In this document: piece by piece, positions 62,114-64,000 of the stretch | How positions within the stretch are numbered: position 1 is the first letter of the stretch | Layout: every line of letters starts with the position of its first letter | Assembly (NCBI GenBank): GCA_051294905.1 | Contig: CM119371.1 | Location: forward strand, 13,084,001-13,148,000 | Length of the DNA: 64,000 nt | Source of the DNA: Botryllus schlosseri | Taxonomy: Eukaryota | Direction: 5' to 3' | Notes under the pieces: model-generated | The model's database searches: none | What the model saw: the letters and a program-made list of their open reading frames with translations, nothing else | What the model was told of the DNA's origin: nothing | Program-made: the position numbers and the translations under genes

Positions 62114-63528
62114 GATTATCTGCTTCTGTGAAATATATTTAATTCGATTGAAAATATATCTCAAGCCTCCACGGATCAGGTCAAGATAGATCGTTCATCA
62201 ATCACTAATCCCCCTCTCATATCTTAGACCAGGGGCAAGGGGTTCGGACATCGCATTGACTAGCTCGCATAGCCACAATCGTATGCGGCCTACAATGACG
62301 TTCTAGGATGCTTCGATGTATTTCCCAGGTAACGTTCGCAAATAGTTACTGGAGTAAACAATCAAGTGCCGAAATTAATTTAAATTCGTGGGCATAGGCT
62401 ACATATTAACACACTGTCCATTTTCGCGCTACGATTAAAAAACTGTCAACAAAGAACGCTCATCCGATTCAGAAAGGAGACGGTGTTTCTCGGAGTGTGG
62501 CGTGCGCATCTACAAATCGAGTTGTGCAGCAAGATCACGCATTTGTGCTCTGACACCGCGTATGTATTCGTCTCATTACTAATTGATTAAATTGTTCAGC
62601 TCACACATAAGCATCAAAATGCCGTTTCGTGACATGCATGGAAATCATTATTTTTCGTTCCGCAAAGTTGGCCATTGGTGTTGTGCTGAAGGAATAATTG
62701 TGTGCATAACGAATCCCACAATACAGTAATTGCGAGTAAGCGGGGCATATCCAGCCTTCCCAGGTTCGTCGGCTATACATATGAACATGTTTAGTTAGGA
62801 AAGGTGGTACCAACGAGGAAAATATTCTCATCTCATCTCATCTCTCATCTTTTGAAATACATCGGAACCGGAGCTACTTTTCAAATAACTGGCTCCAGTA
62901 CTGGATCCACTTGAATTAGGCTGAACAAAGTCATTCCAAATCTATCACAGTGAGAACGTGATTGACACCATACGCATTTGTAAGTCATCATCTCCCCGGT
63001 CGAAATAACATGCCAATTATGATTGATTTACCTTAACGTCATCGCAAGCATAAGCGATGAATTCCTTTTCGTTCAGCATGTACCCGATCGTTGAAAGACA
63101 TACCAAGTATATCTCAACGTTACCGCAACTGGAAGCTATGACTTTTTCCGACCAGTTGGCGAAAGGATTAGATTGTGAATTGGAGACGGCATCATGACCA
63201 CACTTCTCCTAATTGGGGAAAACTCATGCCGATTACATCACAGCGGGGCCTCTAGTGCAAGGGTTCTTAAACATTCACTCCCGGCATTGGCGAATGTATG
63301 TAAAATTGTAAATATGTATATACCTAACAGCGATGTTGGGGAACGAATTCGCTTGATGAGAATGACCGACGTAAAACTGTCAATGCGATCTGCCCACCAT
63401 AACTACCGACATGACTCAAGCCGCCCTTTGTTAGCACCCGACCCGAAAGACTGGTCTCAGACGGTCACTTTTCTTTTACGGGTCTATTCATCACTACCAA
63501 TTAAAAATGCGATTACCAAACACTAGGG

Positions 63529-64000
63529 CAGGGGTGTCAAACATTCGGCCCGCGGGCCGCATCCGGCCCGCCAGACGATTTTATCCGGCCCGCGAAGCAA
63601 TTCTTGGTAGATTGGAAAATTCTTACATTATCCAGCACATTAGTAGTACATTGAGATGTTTTGTAGGAATGACTTCCATCAAATATGACACCGAGACAGA
63701 AAATGTTGAGCATGTTCAAATCACATTACAACCACCCGGTTTCACTCTAGTCACCATTAGGAACAATTCGGTGACATTGACACTCCATTTCGACAAGACG
63801 AAAATTGCACAATGAGTTTTACGGTAAAATGGACCAAAAAGTAGCTATTCACAGGAGCGAAAGTGCCAATTCGGAACCGTTATATGCAGTTTACATGAAA
63901 AATATCTTAGGTATACAAATAAATAAGTGAAATATCTATGGTTGCACTGCTGTGTCACTTCCAACCCAACAGGTCCCCGGACTTAAGAGAAACTCGATTC
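63529..64000. mobile_element. Left part of a hAT (Buster-type) MITE, probably running out of the window
   Basis: CACTAGGG|caggggtgtcaaacattcggcccgcgggccgcatccggcccgc: typical terminus, gcgggcc repeats and an nnnTAnnn flank. Confidence 0.75.

Overview
AT-rich eukaryotic (metazoan, invertebrate-type) genomic DNA with short spliceosomal exons and dense transposon content. An ascidian/tunicate origin is plausible but is inference only. Most entries in the ORF track are spurious; the real genes were rebuilt by hand from GT/AG boundaries and exon phases. (1) A cluster of at least three paralogous type-I membrane receptor genes (terminal exon 2099-2327 +; TM and tail 22855-24153 +; 53379-50153 -) shares a homologous cytoplasmic exon (Q-x-x-x-AE ... 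NxxY ... MKENII-Y / KINLY) but appears to differ in ectodomain exons; one copy has a stop exactly at the terminal Tyr codon. (2) A fourth membrane gene has a SUEL/rhamnose-lectin-type domain (42084-47177 +). (3) A complete 3-exon gene with a TATA box encodes a 63-aa secreted peptide: signal peptide, Arg-rich block, acidic tail (14074-14388 +). (4) A 10.5-kb CACTA/EnSpm-like element (24602-35071) carries a decayed 5-exon SAM-like gene, an 80-bp satellite with a 160-bp higher-order segment, and a nested Harbinger element that itself holds a hAT MITE. (5) A 5'-truncated, frameshifted Ty1/copia element (about 58250-62113). (6) Many hAT-type MITEs with 8-bp TSDs and two tRNA-derived SINEs. No database searches were possible; family names rest on motif recognition.
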